DNA of 64,000 nucleotides from Perkinsus chesapeaki ATCC PRA-425 (GCA_013115145.1 JAAPAO010000064.1:32346-96345), one strand, 5' to 3'. Shown: positions 23,268 through 33,294, numbered from the stretch's first letter. Made by a program: numbers and translations. The notes: generated from the sequence alone by a model not told the origin.

Positions 23268-25534
23268 ATGACTGAGAGGAGGAGCGCTAGAGTTGCTGCA
23301 CAGGTTGCTGCGCGGGCCGAGGTGGGTAAGCAACCTCCGGCAGTTGCTAGTCCAGTGGAGCATGCCAAGCCGAGGGCCAAGACTAAGGCCAAAGCGAAGG
23401 CTAAGGCCGAGGCTGCCGTGGGTGAGCCTCCTACTAAAAGGGGAAAAATTAAAGTAGAAGATGAAGAGGTGGAGAAGAAAAGGGCCGATACTGTAAAGGC
23501 CAAACCGGGCAAGAAGAAGGCCAAGCCCGAGAAGCCAGCTGTGGCCAGGCCGCCAGTGGACGAGCATTGCCCTAAGGCTGACCAGTACAGGGTCTATATT
23601 GACGAGGAAGGAATTGTCTGGCATGCTTTGCTGAATCAAACTAACTTGAAGCAGAATAATAACAAGTACTTTAAGATCCAGGTGTTGGAGGATACGAAGA
23701 AGTGTGGGCACTACATTGCATGGTTCCGCTGGGGGAGGGTGGGCTACACTGGGCAGATGACGAGCAAGGGGAGCAACTTGGAAGAAGCCAAGGAGGCATT
23801 TGAGAAGAAATTCGCCGATAAGACTTTGAATGACTGGCATGCAGTGGCGACAGGCCAAGAGCCCTTCAGCCCGAGAGCCAACAAGTGAACCGCCGCTGTT
23901 TCCTTAGGTACTGCGTAGGGCACTGTGGTTGTGTGTAGGTATACCTATGTCGAACAGGACTTCTCAGGAGGGCCTCAGGAAGAGCCGCCTAAGAAAGGCG
24001 ATGAAGCGAAGCCTGAAATCAAGGTGAGAACGGTGAGGGCACATGAGGTGGCACGTAGTGGCAGGTCGAGGATACGAAGCTTGACGAGCAAGTCTACGAG
24101 TTAATTCGAATGATATGCGACCGTCAACTTATGGTTGACCACATGAAGGCTTCGGGGGTTGATGTCAATAAGATGCCATTGGGGAAGATATCAGAGGATA
24201 TGATCAAGAAGGGCTATGAGGCGCTCCAAGCCATCGAGGAGGAGCTGGCCAAGCCCAAGCCGAGCCGCTCGAATCTTTTGGACCTCAGCGGCCGCTTCTA
24301 CACCGTCGTCCCGCACGATTTCGGCTTCCAGAAGTAAGGGAGACGGCGGCGTGCGCGGAATTTCGAGCGGCTGGTCCTCCAGGATGCATTATTTCGTTAT
24401 TGATTCTGCGGACGTACTGAAGCAGAAGATGCAACTCTTGGAGGACCTCCAGGATATGGGCAAGGCCAATGAGGTAGTCCAGTAATGCCATGAAATAGCT
24501 GATGCACTGCGGGGGGTGTAGGTTATGGACGACAACATGCCGACAGCAGTCAAGGGCGAGGAGCCGGAAGTGACTGTTCCTAACCCAGTTGATGTTCAGT
24601 ATCAGAGGTGGCCCATGACTTGTGGAGCCCGGCAGCTGTCCATGATGATCTCAGGCTACACTGCGATTTGGAACCATTGAAGCCCGAGGACGAGGAGTTC
24701 AAGATGATTGAAGGATATATGCGAAACACACACGCTCCGACCCATGACGATTTCACCGCCAAGCCAGTTGCTATATTCAAAGCCCGTAAAGGAGGCGAAG
24801 AGGAGCAATGGGCTAAGGAGTGCCCGAAGGAAGCCAAGAAGGATAGAATGTTACTTTGGCATGGTTCAAGGCTTACCAATTGGTGTGGTATCCTGAGCAG
24901 TGGCCTCCGCATCGCTCCGCCAGAAGCGCCGGTGACAGGCTATATGTTTGGCAAAGGCTTATACTTCGCGGACTCCTTCAGCAAGAGTGCAAATTATTGT
25001 TTTGCTACACAGAATAAGAGTAGGGGGTTGATGGTCCTTTGTGATGTAAGTGGGAGTGTAGACCAGGGGTAATGAAATCAACAATCCAAGCCCGTCTAGC
25101 TCAGTCGGTAGAGCGCAAGGCTCTTAACGTTGTGGTCGTGGGTTCGAGCCCCACGGTGGGTGTTTATATATTCATTCAGGTCGCTTTGGGTCGCTCCCGT
25201 CTATGTACCGAAGCAGACAGCCGAGCTGCTTCCAAACTTGGAAAAGGGAAGAACGCCTGCTACTCAACAAAGGGTGTGGGGCGGAGCGGCCCCGATCCGA
25301 AAGACTTGCTTGTCACTAAGGATGGGCTTAAGGTCAGGGGCACGTTCGGTTGGTAATTGTATGAATTTAAGCCTGCTTTAGGTGCCTTTGGGTAAAATGA
25401 TTGAACTTCCAGAAGAGAAAGATAAGCAGCTGTCTCTTCTATATAATGAGTATATCGTATATAACACGAGTCAAGTGAGGATGAAATACCTAGTAGAGAT
25501 TGATTTCACCTTCAACACTAGCAGCATGTGGTGA
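23268..25534 (+). CDS. PARP: Poly(ADP-ribose) polymerase, WGR-regulatory-catalytic type (PARP2/3-like)
   Basis: WGR domain ([11 protein letters not shown]...WFRWGRVG), regulatory domain (KMPLGKIS...[14 protein letters not shown]) and catalytic H-Y-E triad ([22 protein letters not shown]). Confidence 0.95.
25090..25162 (+). tRNA. trnK-CTT: tRNA-Lys(CTT) inside PARP intron 25046-25179, possibly a variant or pseudogene
   Basis: Cloverleaf GCCCGTC TA GCTC AGTCGGTA GAGC G CAAGG CTCTTAA CGTTG TGGTC GTGGG TTCGAGC CCCAC GGTGGGT G, with A and B boxes; G30:G40 mismatch and G1:U72 pair. Confidence 0.9.
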
Positions 25535-25674
25535 TATGCTACTGTGTGCCGCCCCAAGTGCTTCCCGTATAGTATAAGCATCACTCAATTAGTTTCATGG
25601 CTCTCCAGGTTTACGTTGCGGTTATTGCTGGTGAATTATAGCTCCGGCTTCTCAGTTGATGTCCCTTTTGTGTC

Positions 25675-28170
25675 ATGTCTTGCTGCCGTGCGTGTCATCA
25701 GTCATCTTGTGACGTAGAAGACTGTGTTGAAGGTCCCGTGGCCAACTTCTCTCACCGTGGCTTGTCCTTCGTTCCGATCCTTGATTTTCGCGCCACGTTG
25801 GTCGGCCTCTACCTGCAGGACAACAAGCTCATTGGAGAGCTACCCCACCTCGGCAAGTTGCCGCATCTCCGCGATCTTGACCTCTCCGACAACCTCCTCT
25901 CTGGCATCCCTGAGTACAGCCTGGAGGGCTGCACTACCCTCGCCCGAGTGAGCCTGGCAAATAACCGGTGGCTCGTATCGGTGCGCGGCCTCCATGAAGT
26001 TCGTAGGACCTTGCGTGCCCTGAACCTGTCCTGTTGCCCTCGCCTCGCCAACATGTGGCCTGTTGGGTTTAGCCTAAAGCTGGCTGTATTGGTGTGTGAT
26101 TCTGGCGAACTATCTGAGGTCCAAGAGTACATGTGTCATGTCCAGCCCAGAGGCATGTGTTCTGAAGAGGAATGGCTTTATTCTGATAAGCTAGAGCGGC
26201 TGCTGGAGCGTCCAGACAGAGCAGACGAGGGGTACCATTACGACACATACACGGAGCCCGACGTAACCCCTCGTGGCTACGGCTCTGGCTTATGCGTTAA
26301 GAGCGTGGGTTGCAGCCCTCCCGGGTACGGCAAGAAGTGCTGTGGCTCGGAATGCTTAACAACGATGGACGGATGTGACGTTCTGGTGGAGCGCGAAGTT
26401 GTTGATTGCAGCGCCTCCGTGGACTCGTGGGACATGGAGCGAGATACTGGGCCGACATATACGTCAGGCCAGGTTCCTGTATTCCCGTCGGAGCTGCCGG
26501 GCACCAGAGGCTTCGAATATGAACGAGCTAGGACTGTTTCAGATGCACGGTTCATGCAGGGCCTGCCGCGGTGTCGCGATCGTGGCCCAGGTGCCCCATG
26601 CTGCGGTGGCCGCCGTGGACCCCGACCGGCCCTGACCGAGATGGTGGATTATTGGGAGGAGGACTCGGCAGATCGCATGTGTTACAGTGGGCTGGACTTG
26701 ACTGCGGCGGGGAGCTGCGAGAGAAGTCGCAGGTGTCTTATATTCGCCGCAAGGCTGGCAGAGGTCTGCTCGGGGTCGCAATACCGGAACAAGGCGATGG
26801 TCCTCGCCGAGCTGTTGGACAACGCTAGAGGAGGAGGGATGCGGAAGAGCTCTTACAGGTCCCACCCTCCCGTGCCTGGTGGTAGCGAGGTCCTGGAGCC
26901 TCTTGGAAGCTCTGGGCATGCATACGACACTGAAAACCGACACAACGCAGCAGGCAGCGCGTCATACGCCTCCGGGTATAAAGTCGCTGGGGAAAGATAC
27001 TCTTCCGGGAGCTGGCGCTCGAAAGACTCCCGCGGAGGGTCCAGCAATACGAGGTCACAAGGCTTTGAATATGGCTCTGGCTCAGGGAAGTCCTATGGAT
27101 CTATCGGTGAAAACTCTCGTAGACTGCAGGGAGCTATGGTCCATCATCATGTAAAGGATGTGGATGTTGTGCAGGTGGGCAGCAGCGGACAAGCTGGAGA
27201 ACGCCACGAAAGGAGGGAATACACGTCAATTCGAGAAGGTAATAGCCGGGAGGGCTCTGGCCGGGGTGCTAGCATGGAGCTGCAGCAGCAGGCCAGTGGT
27301 AGATATCACAGGAGTGGCATGGTCAGTAAATGGGGCAGCAGCGGCGACAGTGGTGGGAGTATTGAGGTATTGCCCAGCCAAGGAAGGAGCTTGCCCCGGA
27401 GTGGCAGTGTTGAGGTGCTCTCGTCTATGGACAGGTCCGATAGGCATACAGTGGGGGGCTCAGGAGGGCGGGGTATGGTGTACAGGAGCCGGGAAATAGT
27501 GTCAGAGAGGCAGGGTGCCGTGGGATCTGGCCAGGCCTATCGGCATGAGAGATGGGAGCGAACTAGGGAGGGTGATGGCCGCCTATCTGGCTCTCGCGGC
27601 AGTGTTGAGGTGTTGCCCAGTAGGGCCGATAGGTCCACGGAGGTACTGCCAAGTAGGGCCCATAGGTCCACGGGAGTACTGCCAAGTAGGGCCCATAGGT
27701 CCACGGAAGTACTGCCAAGTAGGGCCCATAGGTCCACTGAAGTATTAGCCAGCAGGCCCCGTGGGTCGGCGGAGGTGCTGCCGCCTAGACACATCAGGAC
27801 CGATGAAAGACAATCGACTTCTAGAGGAGGATCTATCAGACCGGGCTACCACCATGAACACTACCATGAACGAGTCGAAATAAAAGGCGGAACGAAGCCC
27901 CTAGTGGTGGATGAGTCCGTGGACATATCGAGGGTTGAGGAAACCGCTCCAGCTGCCGGAGAATCTGTTATTGTTGAGGATGCGCCGCCCCCGCTGGCCT
28001 CCATGTCCGACCGTCAAGTCCGTTCGGGCGCCGAGACCCCACCAGCCAAGAGTCTTTCGGACCGGCGGGATGAGCGACCTTCACTGCTGACAATGCCGTA
28101 TAGGTCTGCCCTAAGCAACAGAGAGGAGGATACCCTACTTAAGCTGCATGAGGCAGACAGGAGAGAGTAG
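25675..28170 (+). CDS. Leucine-rich-repeat protein with Cys-rich middle and a long G/S/R-rich repetitive tail (831 aa, intronless)
   Basis: LYLQDNKL..ELPHLGKLPHLRDLDLSDNLL and LNLSCCPRL are LRR units; low-complexity C-terminal half. Confidence 0.75.
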   Translation: MSCCRACHQSSCDVEDCVEGPVANFSHRGLSFVPILDFRATLVGLYLQDNKLIGELPHLGKLPHLRDLDLSDNLLSGIPEYSLEGCTTLARVSLANNRWLVSVRGLHEVRRTLRALNLSCCPRLANMWPVGFSLKLAVLVCDSGELSEVQEYMCHVQPRGMCSEEEWLYSDKLERLLERPDRADEGYHYDTYTEPDVTPRGYGSGLCVKSVGCSPPGYGKKCCGSECLTTMDGCDVLVEREVVDCSASVDSWDMERDTGPTYTSGQVPVFPSELPGTRGFEYERARTVSDARFMQGLPRCRDRGPGAPCCGGRRGPRPALTEMVDYWEEDSADRMCYSGLDLTAAGSCERSRRCLIFAARLAEVCSGSQYRNKAMVLAELLDNARGGGMRKSSYRSHPPVPGGSEVLEPLGSSGHAYDTENRHNAAGSASYASGYKVAGERYSSGSWRSKDSRGGSSNTRSQGFEYGSGSGKSYGSIGENSRRLQGAMVHHHVKDVDVVQVGSSGQAGERHERREYTSIREGNSREGSGRGASMELQQQASGRYHRSGMVSKWGSSGDSGGSIEVLPSQGRSLPRSGSVEVLSSMDRSDRHTVGGSGGRGMVYRSREIVSERQGAVGSGQAYRHERWERTREGDGRLSGSRGSVEVLPSRADRSTEVLPSRAHRSTGVLPSRAHRSTEVLPSRAHRSTEVLASRPRGSAEVLPPRHIRTDERQSTSRGGSIRPGYHHEHYHERVEIKGGTKPLVVDESVDISRVEETAPAAGESVIVEDAPPPLASMSDRQVRSGAETPPAKSLSDRRDERPSLLTMPYRSALSNREEDTLLKLHEADRRE
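27597..27782 (+). repeat. Coding 33-nt (11-aa) tandem repeat, S[T/V]EVLPSRA[D/H]R x ~5.5
   Basis: Repeated ggtccacggargtactgccaagtagggcccata units; degenerate copies at ~27355 and ~27405. Confidence 0.9.
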
Positions 28171-28339
28171 AGCGCTGGGGAATCATACCTAGTTTTACGA
28201 ATCTGATGTGAAGCAAACACGCCCTTTCCCCACGGCTAGCAATCGTCCTGCCTTTATGGCGCTTAATGGATTCATGTTGTCCTTACTCGCAATGCTCTTG
28301 CGTTGATAAATCCGTCGGGCAGTTTTCAGTTTTTCAAAT

Positions 28340-28531
28340 ATGCCCAGGGACTGGGTTCGCGATGCAATCAAGAGGGATTTCCGGCGGGCTGAAGCAGCCA
28401 AACGAGGGGGCTTCGGCTCGATCCATCGGCCGCGGACTCGGCTGGAGAAGAAGCTTCACGTAGAGACGCTGGATAAGATACCGTTTGAGATGGTACCGGC
28501 GATGGAAGCCAGGAGAGGAGGGGTAGTATAG
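28340..28531 (+). CDS. Possible small basic protein (63 aa)
   Basis: ATG ORF MPRDWVRDAIKRDFRRAEAAKRGG... preceded by a pyrimidine tract ending in AG; protein-like composition only. Confidence 0.3.
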   Translation: MPRDWVRDAIKRDFRRAEAAKRGGFGSIHRPRTRLEKKLHVETLDKIPFEMVPAMEARRGGVV

Positions 28532-29411
28532 GCAGGGTTAGGTTGGGTTGGCAACCTCGTCATTATCCTGAACTTCACATTTTCCGCTCTCATGGCGTTC
28601 GTATCATCCCTGTATCCTTTCTTGAACACGCTAGTCTTGCCATACTAGAATCATTTGATAAGGCCACGTTAATAAGGCCTCTGTTTTCACGCCGTGAAAA
28701 CAGAGATCACGCTTGTTCCAGAGTAAGTCTCTTGCGTTCCTCCATCTTAAACTGGTGCGATACCGTCTCACTGTTAATAAGCGTAATATTATGGCAAATT
28801 GCCATGACAACCCATTGGCAAAGACATTGCCATAACGTATCATACATTATCGTAATGAACAGAGAATTCACTCAATGCTACAGCCCAAATTCATCTCCGG
28901 CTTTTGTACTGCTCACAAAGGGGGGGATCATACGTACATTGTAGAAGCACAACATCTTCCTTTTTTGCCACGGTAAAGGCCCGTTTCCGGTCTTCAGGGA
29001 GGCCCACATCCTAGTGGTCCTACCAGATAGTAAATCATGGCCAATAGAATGCCCCATTTCTAATAACTCATTAGTAATAAGAAGGCTACGAGTCGTAGCA
29101 TATACAGACCACCATTTCCCGCCGCCTGACGCTGTGATCTATTACCTTGATATTACCTGCAACAAGTTTGGGGTGTTCTCGTCTGTGTAACAAGGCTTGA
29201 GGGGCAACTCAATGGGGAATACCAGCTCCTTGAGTGGTTACCAACGGTGGTACCGGGCTAGTAAGTTGGCTGGCCCAGGTGACGTAGAAATCCTGTGACA
29301 GAAATCCTGTCGACCAGTCGGTCACGAGGAAGTATATCGTCTTACTCGGATGGCGATCAGAGAGGGGTGATTGTGTCTGCTTTCTGTTGCAGAATGACAG
29401 CAGGTATTAGC

Positions 29412-29433
29412 TTACCAACTTGGTAATACCAAG
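29412..29433. mobile_element. Putative hAT-type excision footprint, W=ttaccaag (exact)
   Basis: ttaccaa|cttggtaa|taccaag. Confidence 0.75.
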
Positions 29434-29846
29434 TCCTGGGTCGCATGTGAGTTGGGACTTGTGGATCGTCGAACTTTAGGAACATCGAATTTTGGACGTT
29501 GATATGTCACGCCTGGCTGTCCTTGACGTGTGTCTACGACATTCACCCAACAATCGTATTTAATACTTCTCAGCCAGACTGGCTGACCCAGCTTCACGCC
29601 ATGCGAATCATTCTTCATGACCAGGTCAGATGTATGAGGTTTGCCTTGGGTACATATCGGCCGGTAAAAGTTCCTCAAGGTTTCCTTGATAATGCCGCGT
29701 GGAATTGAGTCCATGCGTGCGTGACAATTGTCCCTCGGCGTGACACCAATGGCGCTGCCAAAGCCCTCAGCTTCCCAACTTCAAGTTTTTCCTTTTTCAC
29801 TCAAGTAGCATCTTGAGCTTTGTTACAATCGCAAGTACTTATACCT

Positions 29847-30314
29847 ATGAACATTCAAGCTTCTAAGCGCAAAATGATAACTCAAAGGAAGGGTTGGTCT
29901 CTATATGGTAAAGGATGTTGTATGTTATTCCTACTTGGCATGCTGTTGACTATGCTTGGCAATGTGGGAGGCTGTAATGACCCTTCTCCAATGCCGGAAA
30001 GTGGCCTGTATAGTGGCCAGAATGGGAAGTATAGCTTCCGTTGGAATGTTCAACACTTTCCCGGCGATCTACTCAAGGGTAGGGCTTACATTGCCGCTAC
30101 TCGTCTTGATATCCCAGAGCCGAAGGAGTTCACTGCTTCTGCGGTTGCGTATTGGCGTGGTCCTCCCAAAGGGTACACTATGGACTTCAACAGATCGGAC
30201 GTTGGTTTGGTCGAGCTTTGCAAGAACCTAGAGATGAACCCCAATGATTGGTGGGGGTTCAAACATGGATCAGATTGGATTGAAGCATTCGGTGTTAAAC
30301 TACAGCGTACATAA
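29847..30314 (+). CDS. Small secreted or anchored protein, paralog 1 of 3 (155 aa)
   Basis: Intronless. GKGCC-MLFLLGMLLTMLGNVGG hydrophobic segment, then a beta-rich aromatic domain; closely similar to 38906-39373 and homologous to 34748-35250. Confidence 0.75.
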   Translation: MNIQASKRKMITQRKGWSLYGKGCCMLFLLGMLLTMLGNVGGCNDPSPMPESGLYSGQNGKYSFRWNVQHFPGDLLKGRAYIAATRLDIPEPKEFTASAVAYWRGPPKGYTMDFNRSDVGLVELCKNLEMNPNDWWGFKHGSDWIEAFGVKLQRT

Positions 30315-30367
30315 CCTCCACTTGGGAGTATGTGATCGGATCTCTCATATCCCATCTTTCAATGCTG

Positions 30368-30389
30368 AGTGAAGGCTTCACTGTGAGGC
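30368..30389. mobile_element. Putative excision footprint, W=agtgaagc (1 mismatch; duplicated at 39427-39448)
   Basis: agtgaag|gcttcact|gtgaggc. Confidence 0.6.
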
Positions 30390-30407
30390 TCAAGCATAAG
30401 TCTCAGG

Positions 30408-30429
30408 CTTACATGATGTAAGTTACATC
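30408..30429. mobile_element. Putative excision footprint, W=cttacatc (exact; decayed duplicate at 39467-39488)
   Basis: cttacat|gatgtaag|ttacatc. Confidence 0.75.
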
Positions 30430-30478
30430 CAGTAAGTGGCAATCCTTATTTTATTGTATCAATGATAACCAGTAAGTA

Positions 30479-30500
30479 GTAAGTACTACTTACTAAGTAG
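30479..30500. mobile_element. Putative excision footprint, W=gtaagtag (exact; empty site in paralog at 39538-39545)
   Basis: gtaagta|ctacttac|taagtag; the paralog has plain gtaagtag. Confidence 0.85.
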
Positions 30501-31178
30501 TCGCCAGACGAGTTTTCTCTTGCTCGCTGACCCTCTCAGCCTTGCTAATCATTGTGTTGAAAATGAGGTAAATATAATAATAGCCCAATAGGTGGATCCA
30601 GTTCACAAGCTTCCTTGCAAACGGGTGAAGTTATCCAATCGTGTGTAAATTCAACAGTCTCAATGATAAGGTCCTCCTATCCTCACTAGGCCTTCCTGTA
30701 AACTGTAGCTCCGTGGATTCATGTTATAATGGGGTGGGCTAGTGTGCCGCCCACCCGCTTGACAAGCTCTGTGGTGTACTTCTCATCATTTTAGTACATT
30801 AAGAAAACCTATCAGAATATGTGATATCTATCGGTGTTTGGAGACCATTGTCAATAGATATGACTATAATGTTACGCTCTATGCCGATCCCCCCATCAAT
30901 GCGAGTTTTTTTTCTTTTAAAGCTGAGCCAGCTGGGTGTGGTGTGAGCCAGTAGAACGCGTCCTAGGTTAGAACTCTCACCCCGTACTTCCCTGCTTCCT
31001 GCACATAGATATCGAGCATTTATAAGCTTAATAATGGTTATATATTGGCAAGTTTTGCTTAGAACATGCGGACCACTGGAGCGTCGCTCGATACTCACGC
31101 CCGCCGTGAAAACCGCGCCAGTGGATATACTAATTCTTAAAACGGATTTTATGGCTGAGTGCGCTTCTTCTCACCAAG

Positions 31179-32906
31179 TTGTTAAGCTTTGAATGTCAGG
31201 TCCTTATAGGCAGACGAAGCCGGATTGCCCTCGGTACCGATCCAGTTGAGAAGATACTCCGTAGATATGCCTCTGATCCAGCTGGGGACATCCTAGAGAC
31301 TCTCTGTAAAGCCTGTGTGGAACAGACTTCTCCAGACAATGGCCCGGTTACGGGTTCAGATCGCAAAGCTCTGTTTGATGATCTATGGGCAACTCTTGCT
31401 GATGCCGTATCGGCTACCATGGCAGAGACCGCACTCAGCAGCCTGGATGCAGCAATTGTCCTCAAATGCTTCGCCTACTGTAACAGGGTTCCTCCAAAGC
31501 CACTGTTGCTCAAGTTACTTCGGCGAGTGGTAGGCAGAGGCTCTAAGAGGCTCTCCGAATTCGGCCCGCTTTACACTTTGCAATGTATCGCGAAGTTGCC
31601 CGAAGTCGATGAGGAGGTCGGTCAGATAGCCGGTAATATTGTCGGCTTTGGTCGCCGAAGGTTGGAAAATATGTCCGTGAGCGTCCTGGGGCAGACCTTT
31701 GCCGCCGCCAGTCATCTGGCTGGCATTCCCAATCTGCCGAGGTGTCTCAAAATGAGGCCCTTCATCGACGCTCTTAGCGAGGAGTTGGCAGGGAGATGTC
31801 ACTGGGAAGGAGGGCCAGGTATGACCGAAGCTGAGCTGATGGGGCTTGTTCATGCATTGGGAAGATTGGCCCAGTCCACTCGGGGCAAAGGACTGCTCAT
31901 TGCCTTGGAACCGTGGGTCGGCAAGGCCCTGTATTCGCTGACTTTACCCGACTTGGTCGCCGTTGCGCACGCGTACACTCGAGGCGGACAAGTTGGTGAG
32001 GCCGGCAAAGTTACTGTTAATATCCTTTGTGCATGCGCTCGAGAGCTTAGAAGGATTCCTACAGAGGCTTGGGACGGTAAAAGCCTTACCATCTGTATCA
32101 ACAGCTACGCTATGGGACGGGTGGCACATGAACGTCTGCTATCAAAGCTTATAGAGGAAGTACTGCCGGCTCGAGTGGGGACCTTCAATGGGATGCAGAT
32201 TGCCCTCGTTGCACATGGTCTGACCAGATTGAAGCAGCCGGTGCCGGCCAGTGTCTGGCTGCGGGCCCAAAGTGTTGTGGAGAGCGTGAAAGATTGGCAG
32301 CAGATCACGCTTATTCTGCAGAGCTATGGAAAGAACCAAGCAAACGTGGTGGACCCGGAGGCAATGGGGGCAGCTTTAGGGCGAAGGATTAGGTCATTGA
32401 TGAGAACTCAGCGACCCACTATCGAGACGCTGCCGGTGCTTGTGTATGCTTTGTGGAAGTCAGACGTTCAGGTAGAAGCAGAGTGTTGGGAGGCGGTGGG
32501 CCTGGCCTGCGCGGATGTATTTTCTGACGAAAAAAGTGCAAAATGGCGGCTCAGTGAGGCTGCGAACATGATGTCGGCCCTAAGCAGCGTAGCTCGACCG
32601 GAAGATGTAGGTTGGATTCATGCGTTCACTGGAGGGGTCATCGATATGCTTTGGAAACACCCGGAAGCTGCCACTGGTGACGACTTAGTCAAAATAGGCT
32701 CGGCCTGCGGTAGGCTCGGTCGGACCGATGCCCTAGTTGTTCTCGAGAAAGCTGTCAGGACATCCGCTCGCAGCGTATCAGAGCTCGGTTACATCCCCAA
32801 AGGCAGACTGGCTGGGGCTATGGTGACACTGGGATGTTCCAGCCAGGATGTGCTGCAACTATTGAGCGAGACCACCCCACCGCGAAGGATATGGGCGAAA
32901 GGGTGA
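31179..32906 (+). CDS. Alpha-helical repeat protein (HPR/OPR/FASTK-like), probable organellar RNA-binding protein; start uncertain
   Basis: 575-codon intronless ORF with ~37-aa helical repeats (LPDLVAVAHAYTRGG, SLTICINSYA, QIALVAHGLTRL, QITLILQSYGK). Confidence 0.6.
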   Translation: MLSFECQVLIGRRSRIALGTDPVEKILRRYASDPAGDILETLCKACVEQTSPDNGPVTGSDRKALFDDLWATLADAVSATMAETALSSLDAAIVLKCFAYCNRVPPKPLLLKLLRRVVGRGSKRLSEFGPLYTLQCIAKLPEVDEEVGQIAGNIVGFGRRRLENMSVSVLGQTFAAASHLAGIPNLPRCLKMRPFIDALSEELAGRCHWEGGPGMTEAELMGLVHALGRLAQSTRGKGLLIALEPWVGKALYSLTLPDLVAVAHAYTRGGQVGEAGKVTVNILCACARELRRIPTEAWDGKSLTICINSYAMGRVAHERLLSKLIEEVLPARVGTFNGMQIALVAHGLTRLKQPVPASVWLRAQSVVESVKDWQQITLILQSYGKNQANVVDPEAMGAALGRRIRSLMRTQRPTIETLPVLVYALWKSDVQVEAECWEAVGLACADVFSDEKSAKWRLSEAANMMSALSSVARPEDVGWIHAFTGGVIDMLWKHPEAATGDDLVKIGSACGRLGRTDALVVLEKAVRTSARSVSELGYIPKGRLAGAMVTLGCSSQDVLQLLSETTPPRRIWAKG

Positions 32907-32910
32907 CATC

Positions 32911-33090
32911 ATGAACGTGTTTCTGTTAGCATGTGTAGTTGCGTTGGAACTTCGAACTTGGAAGCAAGAGTGACCATAAGTAGACTGGCGAGGCAACAGG
33001 TTTGCTAGTAATGAACCGCTCTTCGCCAAATGAAGCAACAAGCCAGCCGGGCAATGCTGGTATGAAGGACATTCATCATGAACAATTCAG
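32911..33090 (+). pseudogene. Disrupted copy of a small signal-peptide gene (paralog at 40094)
   Basis: MNVFLLACVVALELRTWKQE* has an early stop; the conserved GT-AG intron and NKPAGQCWYEGHS exon match MKVFLLTCVVALRAG...NKPGGQRWYKGHS. Confidence 0.45.
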
Positions 33091-33294
33091 GTAGTAGGGG
33101 AACGGAGATGGGATGGAGGGATGGTGCCTACAGGAATCAAAAAAAGCGTGCTTGTGTGGGGTGGAGCGAGGTTTTTACTGGATAATATTCTTCTAGACCA
33201 ACATACGTAAAGTCTATAACATGGACAATGCTTTTCTTAGGCTTTCCGTTTGAAGCTGGAAAGGTTGAACACTCATGAGTGTGTGTGTGGGGGG

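Noticed and set aside
27537-27794. Repetitive antisense and alternate-frame ORFs over the 33-nt repeat, and many other overlapping ORFs
   Set aside because: Shadows of real coding sequence in GC-rich DNA; no independent motifs.
33069-33090. 14-nt length difference versus the paralog (cattca-tcatgaacaattca-g)
   Set aside because: Same length as the scars, but it does not fit W1-7+rc(W)+W2-8 for any W; more likely a deletion between attca repeats.
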